Positions 56,601 to 64,000 of a stretch of DNA of 64,000 bases are shown piece by piece; position 1 is the first letter of the stretch, and every line of letters starts with the position of its first letter. The position numbers and the translations under genes are program-made. The notes beneath the pieces are model-generated. The model saw only the letters and a list, made by a program, of their open reading frames with translations, was not told the DNA's origin and did not search any database. Source of the stretch: Bryobacterales bacterium (lineage in GTDB: Bacteria; Acidobacteriota; Terriglobia; Bryobacterales; UBA6623). Where the stretch lies: positions 5,435 to 69,434 of the forward strand of contig JAJEHF010000140.1 in the NCBI GenBank assembly GCA_022823865.1. The letters are read 5' to 3'.

Positions 56601-56793
56601 AGTATTCGGCAGCGGTGGCCTCGTTCGATGCCGAGACATTTGCTCCCGGAATGATTGCCCCTGAAGGATCGACGACACGGCCGTAGACCGTGGCGGTGGT
56701 TACCTGCGCGTGAATCACTGGCTGCAATGCCAGCGAGCCTAGGCACAACGCGATCGCCGCGAATGCCCATGAACTGAGTCGAATTCCAGACAC
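53668..56793 (-). CDS. TonB-dependent receptor with N-terminal carboxypeptidase-regulatory-like domain
   Basis: The start was moved to GTG 56793, with GGGGGA 5-6 nt upstream. Signal peptide (IRLSSWAFAAIALCLGSLALQPVIHA), then TTATVYGRVVDPSGAIIPGANVSASNE...GEFTIAFLPAGRYSLAITADGF. The barrel ends ...VQLMIRYSF. It is a paralogue of 10181-13591. Confidence 0.85.
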   Translation of the reverse strand: MSGIRLSSWAFAAIALCLGSLALQPVIHAQVTTATVYGRVVDPSGAIIPGANVSASNEATAAEYSTVTGSGGEFTIAFLPAGRYSLAITADGFKSYLETGLTLASGQRHNRDYGLELGATTETVTVTSEAPLMNTVNAEQDISLNQNQVSELPMINRDITGILTLGTGASLTDGGWTLSINGLAPRGFTMTVDAVDAVPDAEFAGMALYQNFNFIKGISVEAVQEVETSKNIFSAETSHTIAGNVNLISKSGTNALHGSLFEMYQSGGLHANNFLVGQKAPLVYHQYGGSLGGPIKKDELFYFVTFEGYRFGGKTPVPGDVWSSGMRARIQQAVPGAGAYLALWPEPTEPDGPNLDPSDPACGDLPVNTPCLSPTSFWAGQGDERRTDDHFVGKVDWNASGKDFLTFRYVGGRPLRRIPRTMLGNGRQWDGQNHNGSATWTRVISNTMTSETRWGTNVNAINRLDVAFAADKIPFLRGFGNPSEPGAEVFAKDGHTSTLTQNFAKTAGKHSLKFGGMYRYMSGTRVNEESPVYVYETQADLLANNITSARFVFPLEKFLWTRWFVGGFVQDDIRLTPKFMLNLGARWDYASVVRSNQVDGISNNVFNRDGPFGQPGASLANQSALFRPADSAWDAYNRMFSPRLSFAYTLDDAGKTVIRGGTGVFFMPNNMFSGAIEILTNGPDAPVELTASEAQVRTLGLEYGDPNEAALAGAQSSGVISGSSVDPARRPPYSLQYSLGIQQQLDRSTVFEIGYVGNHGVRMIYSPDFNRVVANTGGQRRSHVMGLEGNFAQFRHYMNADSTGYHSLQTSLKRRFADSFQYNINYTYGWNFSHFRGDMTCCGRSENPQDEFNLRPNRGPTSYHIRHRMTTDFFWELPGKNLQGTAKHLAGGWTVGGILEFRSGFTIPVSSSTSTNPGARPDILTTHAQAIMGNWGPNQRQYLDREAFALPPTDDKGVNIRPGNLSRRALYGPGFRNLDLSLQKNITPGEGQRLQLRIDFFNLFDVVNFTRVNQNARSGTFGLLNSVAPPRRVQLMIRYSF

Positions 56794-56892
56794 TTGGTTC
56801 CCCCTTTCTTGCTTCTTCGATGCTTCGCGGCCCCTCGTTCCACCGGCACAGCCTGGCTGCCGGGCCGCGCGTACGCCGGTAGTGTAGACGCA

Positions 56893-57019
56893 AGTCGCAG
56901 GCCTGTCAACGGGGTAGAGGCTGCTATTTCGGACATATGCGGGCGACTGGATCGTTTGGGCCGGAGCACCGCGCGATGGGGTGTCGCGTCGCCCCTCAAT
57001 GCGGCCAGTCGCAGGCCTG
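56893..57019. repeat. Two copies of a 13-nt direct repeat AGTCGCAGGCCTG (palindromic core CAGGCCTG) in the long TBDR leader/intergenic region
   Basis: Read directly. The copies lie at 56893-56905 and 57007-57019, 114 nt apart start to start. They are 100-226 nt upstream of the TBDR start at 56793. Confidence 0.6.
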
Positions 57020-57362
57020 CCGGCGACCCCTGGCAGGGGACGGACGGCTACCGACGCACTTGCGCGGCCCTCCGCGCGGCCCATGATCGGAGAAATGCCA
57101 GCCGAGCCCGGCAGGTAGCTGGTGGCGTCGGGCTCCCGCCCTTAGAGGTAGCGGCCGGTCCTGTCCAGTTCCGCTCCCTGTGTGATCGGATTGAAGGCAC
57201 GGGAATAGCGTGCCGCCTCTGCCTCGCATACTGCCACCTCCTGCCAGTTGGCGACATTCGGAGCCTGCCCGGCATCTGCAGCCTGCCGCGTACTGGCGAG
57301 CCGGCGGCCAGACGCTGCGCTCTTGGCGCCAGGCGGCACGGCCGCCCGCCGACGCCAAGCTG

Positions 57363-59921
57363 TCACCCCTGATTGGCTGCGGCCATCCGGCGAAAGCCGG
57401 CTTCGACTCGTTCAGCAATCCGAACGTAGGTCTCACTCTTGACGGGATCGAGAGGGGCTCCGATTTCGACACGGACGGACCCACTGCGCGGCCAGGAATC
57501 ATGCATTGACATCACGTCGAACAGCCCATGCAAATGGACCGGCACGACGGGCACTTCGAGCCGTTGGGCCATTAGCCCGATTCCCGGCTGAAATGGTTGG
57601 AGGGAGCCGTTGGGGGTCAGTCTCCCCTCCGGGTAGACCAGCGGGCAGAACCCCGCTTCGACCAGCTCCCCGGTGTATCGGAGCGAATCGCGGACCTGTC
57701 CCAGGTCCTGCGACAGCGGATAGGCGTTGAACAGTCCGCAGCAGAGGAAATACAGCGCCCGCATTCCAACCCTCCGGCCAAGGCCAGGCGAGCCGCCGGA
57801 CGGGAAGAAGTGCTGCTGACGCACCGCCGGCGCCAGCTTGCCGCGCCACTCGGCTGGAAGCGCTGCCGTTAACGCGACGGTGTCGAGATGGCTGGAGTGG
57901 TTGGCGGCGAAAATGACCGGTGGCGCGACGCCATCCAGATTCGGCAGTCCCGCGACATCCAGCGCAATGTAGTGATGGAATAGCGGAAGGAACATTCCTT
58001 GGCGCAGCGCGCCTCGCGCCATCGAGGCCGGCCGGCTCCGGGCCCAGCGCGGCGGCGGGATGTGAGGCGTCTTGGATGCGGCCTGTGTCGCGCTCGCCCC
58101 GGCGGGTTCATCTGCGGGACTGGTTGCTGGGTTGGCGGCCTGGCCGGCGACCCACGCACGAACCTGGCCGACAGTCGATAGAGCCGAGAAGGCCGTCTCG
58201 CTCAGTTCGAGCCCATGCCGGTCTTCTAGCGCAGCCAGCATGTCAATCCGCTCGAGCGAGGACAGCCCTAGGTCTTCGGCCAAGCGCTGGTCGTCCGCTA
58301 GGCTCTCGGCGCTGCGGCCGGTGAGAGTCAGCAGGATTCCGTCCAGGCCGGATCCGCCGTCTGGACCCGTGGCAGGAGCCGTCGAGGAGAGGCGCTCGGC
58401 TACTTTCCGTCTCTGCGTCTTGAAGGTCGACGCTGTGCGCGGAAACTCCTCGTCCGGCCATTCGGAGGCGCTCTGGATTCTCTGGTGCGGCTCGAGCTGG
58501 CGGTTTGCTCTCTCGATGATCGCGAGAGCGTCCCCGCCGGGAGCGTGGAGAATGAGCGCGGCATGAATTCTCTGTGCGCTCGCCGGCCCGACCGGCACCA
58601 CCACCGCATCCCGCACGCCGCCCTCGAGCTTGAGAGCCCTCTCGATGTCCTCGGGATGGACGTTCATCCCGTCCGCGGTGACAATGAGGTCCTTTTTCCG
58701 CCCTCTGTAGACCAGGCTGCCCCTGGCATCGCGCTCGCCGATGTCCCCCGTGTGAAACCAGCCGTCCTCGTCCACGGCACGCGTGCGGCGGGCACCGCCT
58801 TCCAGATAGTCGCCTACGACACTACTTCCCCTGACGAGGATTTCCCCGTCATCCGCAATACGGACTTCCTGGCTGCCAACCACCTCGCCGAGCGTGCCGC
58901 GTCGCGCACGGAAGGGGTGGTTCACTGACACTACCGGGCTCGTTTCGGTGAGACCGTAGCCTTGGATCACGAGCAAGCCGACCTTGGACCAGAACTTCTC
59001 AGTCTCCGGGTCCAGCATCGCGCCACCGACGACGAATGCCCAGAATTTCAGCCCGAAGTCTCGATGGATGTCCCGGTGACGCCACCACCTGCGGAGCGGC
59101 CCGCCCGGCTTCGCCGGGACGGCCCTGGCTCGAGGGTGGTGCCGCTCGGCGTCCGCCCGCAGGCTCTCGAGAATGCGGGGCACGCAGGCCAGAACCGAAA
59201 TCCGCTCCCTGCGGACCGCCTGGCGGATCAAACCGGGGTGCAGCCCCGCCATGAACACCGCCGATCCTTCGAGCAGAAGCGGGATGAACAGGCCCATGGA
59301 CTGCCCGAACATATGGCTCAGCGGCAGAAGGTCGAGGATTCGAATCGGCTGGAACGGCGTGGCCCACTTCTTGTATCGGTCGATCTCTTCTCGAATCGGA
59401 TCCAAGTTGGCGCAGATGTTGCGATGCAGGTGGATCACGCCCTTGGGCTCGGCAGTGGTCCCGGAGGTGTACATGATCTGGACCACATCGCTTCCACTCA
59501 CAGGGCTCGGCCTGAAGCGCGGCCCGATCGTTAGCCCGTTGAGCGACTCGATCGCGAAGCACTCCGCAGCCGAGGCCGAGCTGGTCGCGGCGCCACCATG
59601 CACCAGCAGTCTCGCGCCGGTTTGATCCACGATGCGGCTGACGAAGTCCGCGGAGGATTGATGGTCGAGAGGCACGACTTGGACCCCGCGTGCCAAGCAT
59701 GCCCAGAAGATCGCGACCCACTCGGGCCGGTTCTCGGACCACAGCACCACGCGGTCGCCCGAGGCTACTCCGCAGCCGTCCATAAAAGCGACGAAGCGCC
59801 GGATCGCGGCGTCTAGGTCGGAGTAAGACCAGCGCCAAGTGCGGTATCCGTTCCAGAAGCGCAACGCCTCTCTAGATCCAAGGCGTTCGATCCGCGGCAG
59901 GAGGTCGAGCAGCGTCTCCAT
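57363..59921 (-). CDS. Tri-domain fusion: acyl-AMP/acyl-CoA ligase + phosphopantetheine carrier domain + PlsC-like (lysophospholipid) acyltransferase
   Basis: AMP-binding motifs YTSGTTAEPKG (aa 151-161), GYGLTETSP and TGDIG...GRKKDLI. The carrier motif is AEDLGLSSLERIDM (aa ~548-561). The acyltransferase has the HX4D motif AANHSSHLD (aa ~673-680) and VYPEGRLTPNG. It is a single uninterrupted 852-aa frame. Confidence 0.8.
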   Translation of the reverse strand: METLLDLLPRIERLGSREALRFWNGYRTWRWSYSDLDAAIRRFVAFMDGCGVASGDRVVLWSENRPEWVAIFWACLARGVQVVPLDHQSSADFVSRIVDQTGARLLVHGGAATSSASAAECFAIESLNGLTIGPRFRPSPVSGSDVVQIMYTSGTTAEPKGVIHLHRNICANLDPIREEIDRYKKWATPFQPIRILDLLPLSHMFGQSMGLFIPLLLEGSAVFMAGLHPGLIRQAVRRERISVLACVPRILESLRADAERHHPRARAVPAKPGGPLRRWWRHRDIHRDFGLKFWAFVVGGAMLDPETEKFWSKVGLLVIQGYGLTETSPVVSVNHPFRARRGTLGEVVGSQEVRIADDGEILVRGSSVVGDYLEGGARRTRAVDEDGWFHTGDIGERDARGSLVYRGRKKDLIVTADGMNVHPEDIERALKLEGGVRDAVVVPVGPASAQRIHAALILHAPGGDALAIIERANRQLEPHQRIQSASEWPDEEFPRTASTFKTQRRKVAERLSSTAPATGPDGGSGLDGILLTLTGRSAESLADDQRLAEDLGLSSLERIDMLAALEDRHGLELSETAFSALSTVGQVRAWVAGQAANPATSPADEPAGASATQAASKTPHIPPPRWARSRPASMARGALRQGMFLPLFHHYIALDVAGLPNLDGVAPPVIFAANHSSHLDTVALTAALPAEWRGKLAPAVRQQHFFPSGGSPGLGRRVGMRALYFLCCGLFNAYPLSQDLGQVRDSLRYTGELVEAGFCPLVYPEGRLTPNGSLQPFQPGIGLMAQRLEVPVVPVHLHGLFDVMSMHDSWPRSGSVRVEIGAPLDPVKSETYVRIAERVEAGFRRMAAANQG

Positions 59922-60152
59922 GCAAAGGTTTCAGCGCACCGCCAGGCCCGCACATCCCGGAGCGCCGCTCGGACGGACAGCCGGGCCGCAGGCTCATCCT
60001 AACCTACAGCCGATGCCCGATTGACTGCAGCGCGCGGGCATTCGCCGAGAGGGGCCGGCCGCTTGGTCTCGTCTCCGGTCGCATCTCCTGGAATGCAGCC
60101 AGCCACGGCGAGATGGCGTCGCCAAGCTCGCGAAGTCGGATATGCTCGGGGC

Positions 60153-60653
60153 ATGACTCCGGAAGCGCTGTCTGACCTGCTGAACTTTCACTATTGGGCT
60201 CGCGACAGGCTGCTCGATGCGGTCGAGCGGCTGACCCGAGAGCAGTTCCATCAGGATCTCGGGAACAGCTTCGGCTCGGTCCGCCACACCCTCGCGCACG
60301 TTGTGTCGGCGGAATCGGTGTGGTGCTCCCGTTGGGAGGGCAATCCGCCGAGCGCACATCTCGGGCCGGAGGACTTCGAGACGGTGCAGGACTTGCGTGC
60401 CCGCTGGGTCCGCGAGGAAGCTCGGATCCGGGACTTCGTGAACCGACTTGGGCCCGAGGGTATTGATCGCAAGATCGAATACAAGCACTTCAGCGGAAAA
60501 CCGATCGAATCGGTCTTCTGGCACATGCTGCAGCATGTCGTCAACCATGCGACGTATCACCGCGGACAGGTCACGTCGATGCTGCGGCAGCTCGGCGCCG
60601 AGCCGCCGAAGAACCAGGACTTGATCACGTTCTATCTCGCCTCCGGCGCTTGA
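60153..60653 (+). CDS. DinB-family (four-helix-bundle metal-binding) protein
   Basis: The start was moved to ATG 60153. LLNFHYWARDRLLDAVERLT...GSVRHTLAHVVSAESVW...MLQHVVNHATYHRGQV is the DinB/YfiT His-triad pattern. Confidence 0.8.
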   Translation: MTPEALSDLLNFHYWARDRLLDAVERLTREQFHQDLGNSFGSVRHTLAHVVSAESVWCSRWEGNPPSAHLGPEDFETVQDLRARWVREEARIRDFVNRLGPEGIDRKIEYKHFSGKPIESVFWHMLQHVVNHATYHRGQVTSMLRQLGAEPPKNQDLITFYLASGA

Positions 60654-60828
60654 AGCGCGACGTCGCAAGCAGTTGGCCGAGGATCGACCAGTCGCGAGTC
60701 GTCAGTGGGCTGGAGCCGCTTCGATACAGCAGCAGCGCAGGGTCGCGCGGCCACAGTCCTCCGCAGGCTCGACCCCCGCCAATGAGCGGATTCGCTTGAT
60801 GATCGGGGCAATGCCCTATGCTGAGTCC

Positions 60829-61599
60829 ATGGGGCGATTTGCCATCGTCGGCGTCTTCGTGACACTCCATTGGGTGGGCACGGGGAGCCACTTGTCCGCG
60901 CAACAAGTACAGGAAACGCAACAAGTAGAGCCCGCTGTCGCGACTGTCACGGTCACGAATCTGGCCAAGGGACAGATCCTCACGCCCGCGGTGTTCATCA
61001 CCCACAGCGATGCGGCCCCGCCCTTGTTCGTTCCCGGAGAGCCCTCGAGCACGGAACTTTCCGCGCTTGCCGAGCAGGGCAGCACGAGCGGCTTGGTCAA
61101 TAAGTTCAGCGCGGAGCCCGATGTGCTCGCTGTGACCGTGCTGAGCGCGTTTGTCCGTCCGACGAGGACTGCCACCGTGAACGTCGAGTTCGACTCGGAC
61201 CATCGGCTGATATCGTCCGCTTCGATGATCGAGATGACGAACGATGGATTCGTCTCGCTGCTTGGCGTCGAAGTGCCGTGCGTCGGCACGAGCACGTATT
61301 TTCTAGACGGCTGGGACGCCGGCTCGGAAGCGAACACGGAGCTTTGCTCCCAAATCCCTGCGCCTTGCCCTAGACCGCCGCGGCCGGGATCCTGTTCGGT
61401 CACGGTCGAAGGTGCCGTGCACATCCATAGTGGGATTCACGGATGCGGGGGCTTTCCGCCCGAAGTGTACGACTGGAGGAACCCGGTCGCCAAGATCACG
61501 ATTCAGGTGGCACCGGATCTGTCTCCTGCAGGTGCGCTTGAGGCAGCCTGCCCGGATGCGTACCCCGCGAGTTCCGATACCAGCGGCGACGAAAGCTGA
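60829..61599 (+). CDS. Spondin_N-like secreted protein
   Basis: Start chosen at ATG 60829 (MGRFAIVGVFVTLHWVG..., a signal-like segment); ATGs at 60799 and 60811 are alternatives. TVTVTNLAKGQILTPAVFITHS...LFVPGEPSSTELSALAEQG...ISSASMIEMTNDGFV matches the bacterial spondin-N domain pattern as I remember it. Confidence 0.6.
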   Translation: MGRFAIVGVFVTLHWVGTGSHLSAQQVQETQQVEPAVATVTVTNLAKGQILTPAVFITHSDAAPPLFVPGEPSSTELSALAEQGSTSGLVNKFSAEPDVLAVTVLSAFVRPTRTATVNVEFDSDHRLISSASMIEMTNDGFVSLLGVEVPCVGTSTYFLDGWDAGSEANTELCSQIPAPCPRPPRPGSCSVTVEGAVHIHSGIHGCGGFPPEVYDWRNPVAKITIQVAPDLSPAGALEAACPDAYPASSDTSGDES

Positions 61600-61657
61600 C
61601 GAGGCCTGCTCGGCGGCCTGCCGAGAACCAGGCTCCGATGGATCGAGCCACCCGCGA

Positions 61658-63208
61658 TTACGGGTACGTGTACGTGGACTGCAGCCCTAGTGGGATGCCC
61701 AGCGCCCAGTACAGCCCCAGAGCCAAAGACCATGTAATCAGCAGGGTGATCGAATAGGGCAGCATCAGGGAGGTGACCGTGCCGATTCCCGTGCTCTTCA
61801 CCCACCGCTGGCAGAAGGCCACCACGAGCGGGAAATACGGCATCAGGGGCGTGACGATATTCGTAGTCGAATCGCCCACGCGGTAGGCGGCCTGGGTGAG
61901 TTCCGGGGAGAGTCCCACCTGCATCAGGACCGGGACGAAGACCGGCGCCAGCAGGGCCCACTTGCCCGATGCTGACCCGACTAGCAGGTTTACGAACGCG
62001 CTCAGCACGATGATGCCGCCGATCGTCAGCATGCCCGGCAGGCCTAGCGCCTTGAGGAATTCCGCGCCTTCCACTGCGAGCAACGCGCCTAGGTTGGACT
62101 TGGCGAAAGCCGCGGTGAACTGCGCGCAGAAGAAAATCATCGTGAGGTAATAGCCCATCGTCGACATGGACTTGCTCATGCCAGTGATGATGTCGCGATG
62201 GCTCTTGACAGTGCCCGCCACGTATCCATAGATCGTGCCGGGAATCAGGAACAGCAGGAAGATCAGCGGGATCATCGACTGCATTAACGGAGCTGCGAAC
62301 GAGCTGAGCTGCCCGTTCGGTGCGCGCAGCGGGGAGTCCGCCGGCAGCACTGCCAAGAACAGCGCCAACACACCCAGCGCCATGGCTGCGAGACCGGCCC
62401 AGACCCCGGCTCGTTCCTTGCGGGAAAGCGCTTGCTCCTCGACGCTGTCGGAGCCCTCGCCATCCAGAGGGGTCCCCTTGAGCCGCGGTTCGATTACGCG
62501 GTCAGTCAAGATCCACCCGACGACGATCACAAGCGCGCTCGACACGCTCGTGAACAGCCAGTTGCACAGGGGGTTGACTTCTCGGCCCGAATCCAGGATC
62601 TGCGCGGCCGACTGAGTGAAACCTTGGAGCAGCGGATCGATAGCCGATGGAATGAAGTTGGCGCCGAAGCCGCCCGAGACCCCCGCGAATGCACAGGCGA
62701 TACCGGCGAGGGGATGGCGTCCGGCAGCGTGAAAGATGACGCCTCCCAATGGAATGACCAGCACGTAGCCGACATCCGCCGCAGTGTGGCTGATGATGGC
62801 GACCAAGAGCAGCATGGGGGACAGCAGGCTCCGCGGAGTCATCGCTACAAGGCCCTTCAGGCTTGCGCGGATGAATCCGGTGTGCTCGGCAACCCCGACG
62901 CCCAGCAGCGCCACCAAGACTACGCCCAGGGGGGCGAAGCCGGTGAAGACGGTCACCATGCTCGCCAGGAACGCCGCTAGGCTCGACCCGGAGAGCTGGT
63001 TCTGGACGACCAGTGTCCGCGCCCCGTCCTTGGCCGGAACCGTGAATTCGTGGCCGGCCAGGAGCAACGATGCGATCCAAACCGCGACGAGGGCGACTAC
63101 GAAGAGCGCGGCCGGATCGGGCAAGCGGTTGCCCACCCGCTCGACCCAATAGAGGGCACGCTCCACTGCGGTTCGGCGTGCTTGGGGAGAATCTTCTGAA
63201 GCTGTCAT
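61658..63208 (-). CDS. AbgT-family transporter (p-aminobenzoyl-glutamate/sulfonamide-efflux family)
   Basis: 516 aa and polytopic. The N-terminus ...ALYWVERVGNRLPDPAALFVVALVAVWIASLLL and the overall pattern are typical of AbgT/MtrF. Confidence 0.85.
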   Translation of the reverse strand: MTASEDSPQARRTAVERALYWVERVGNRLPDPAALFVVALVAVWIASLLLAGHEFTVPAKDGARTLVVQNQLSGSSLAAFLASMVTVFTGFAPLGVVLVALLGVGVAEHTGFIRASLKGLVAMTPRSLLSPMLLLVAIISHTAADVGYVLVIPLGGVIFHAAGRHPLAGIACAFAGVSGGFGANFIPSAIDPLLQGFTQSAAQILDSGREVNPLCNWLFTSVSSALVIVVGWILTDRVIEPRLKGTPLDGEGSDSVEEQALSRKERAGVWAGLAAMALGVLALFLAVLPADSPLRAPNGQLSSFAAPLMQSMIPLIFLLFLIPGTIYGYVAGTVKSHRDIITGMSKSMSTMGYYLTMIFFCAQFTAAFAKSNLGALLAVEGAEFLKALGLPGMLTIGGIIVLSAFVNLLVGSASGKWALLAPVFVPVLMQVGLSPELTQAAYRVGDSTTNIVTPLMPYFPLVVAFCQRWVKSTGIGTVTSLMLPYSITLLITWSLALGLYWALGIPLGLQSTYTYP

Positions 63209-63609
63209 ATCGAGATCAGAGCATCAGTATATTGGGATATTCGGGGCGGGCCGCAAGGCGAGCCAATTTCCGTTCTTCCACGTCGCAGGCTTGCCGCCGT
63301 CAATCGCCGTCAGTCCATGGTGGCGATGCCCGGCTGCTGGTGCGCCCGGTACGGCATGCGGAGGTCGTCGGCTGCCGGAGATGCTCCGTGGCCGCGTTCG
63401 CGCGCCTCGCGTCCAGGTGCCGGTTGCACCGCTGTCCCACACGTTCCGGCGGGCTGGGCGCGGAACGTCCCCCCGGTCGGCATCCAGACGGCGAACCCTG
63501 GGACTGCCGAAGCTGGCGTGGAGGCGGCGTTCCGGCCCCTGAAGCTGGTTGCGGCCGATCTCCCTCTAGCGAGGACCAGCCTACGCGCGAGGCAGGCTTC
63601 GCGAGTGAT

Positions 63610-64000
63610 CTAGTAGCGGCTCTGAATCGCCAGGCAGGCGTCTTTCACCGCGTTGCCGAGAGAGCGGGTGGAACTGCTGGCGACCATGTCGCCGTCGCGG
63701 TTGAACAGCGCCATTTTGTTGTCCTTCGCGATGATATCCCTGCCGCCAACCCGTTCGAGAAGAAGAATGTAGTCCGCTCTCTCCCGATTGATCGTGACGA
63801 TGACCCCGGCGCATTCGCGCTTCCGGCCGATCGTCTTCATGATCTCGGCGGTCTGCGGCTTGGCGCCGCCCTGCATGTGGCCGCCTCCGTCGCCTTCGAC
63901 AACCGCCTCGGTTCCCGACACCGACCAGCTAGTGCTCTCCGTCACGAAGACGCGGACCTGACCGCTTGCACCCTCCGTCCGGGGAGGCAGGGCTGGCAAC
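63610..64000 (-). CDS. Hypothetical protein (partial; probably continues beyond the window)
   Basis: The frame is open from the window edge to TAG at 63610-63612. It has strongly G/C-biased third positions and a protein-like sequence (...IMKTIGRKRECAGVIVTINRERADYILLLERVGGRDIIAKDNKMALFNRDGDMV...). No family was recognised. Confidence 0.5.
   Translation of the reverse strand, partial: LPALPPRTEGASGQVRVFVTESTSWSVSGTEAVVEGDGGGHMQGGAKPQTAEIMKTIGRKRECAGVIVTINRERADYILLLERVGGRDIIAKDNKMALFNRDGDMVASSSTRSLGNAVKDACLAIQSRY

Overview
This is a high-GC window (GC judged by eye, not computed) of about 45 densely packed genes. I recognised no rRNA, tRNA, CRISPR array, IS element or integrase. The gene content points to Acidobacteriota or a similar soil bacterium: an ADOP-type duplicated FtsX permease, two carboxypeptidase-regulatory-domain TonB-dependent receptors, three Tat-exported DUF1501 proteins and two PSCyt/DUF1549/DUF1553 cytochrome-c proteins. 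All family names come from motif and architecture recognition by eye. No search was run.

Layout:
- **1-21 kb:** housekeeping and uptake genes. These are DUF1501, TonB, HAD-II dehalogenase, mutL, an acyl-CoA mutase catalytic subunit, the ADOP permease, a TonB-dependent receptor (TBDR), a Cys-type sulfatase, uppS, a membrane-anchored wHTH regulator and a DUF5060 hydrolase-like lipoprotein.
- **21.1-26.9 kb:** a small accessory or defence-like islet, the most interesting part of the window. It holds an AlbA_2/Schlafen-like protein with an HATPase_c_4 domain and a wHTH tail. It also holds an unusual single-polypeptide fusion of a CX5R phosphatase to an ADP-ribosylglycohydrolase. Next come about 0.9 kb of DNA with no convincing gene, then an AbiEi/AbiEii toxin-antitoxin pair with a near-consensus promoter in an AT-rich patch.
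- **27-30.6 kb:** a 617-aa radical SAM enzyme followed by a LysE exporter, divergent from a GyrI-like ligand-binding protein.
- **30.8-57 kb:** modular catabolic and uptake loci with clear internal paralogy. These are two amidohydrolase/Gfo-Idh-MocA cassettes, a TAXI-TRAP transporter with DUF1445 and DapA-like genes, two DUF1553-DUF1501 pairs and a second TBDR.
- **57-64 kb:** a tri-domain acyl-AMP ligase / carrier protein / lysophospholipid acyltransferase fusion, DinB, a spondin_N-like secreted protein, an AbgT transporter and a partial hypothetical gene.

Many long ORFs in the six-frame track are antisense shadows or upstream read-through typical of high-GC DNA. Several starts were therefore moved to internal ATG/GTG codons, supported by signal peptides, Shine-Dalgarno (SD) motifs or stop/start overlaps.
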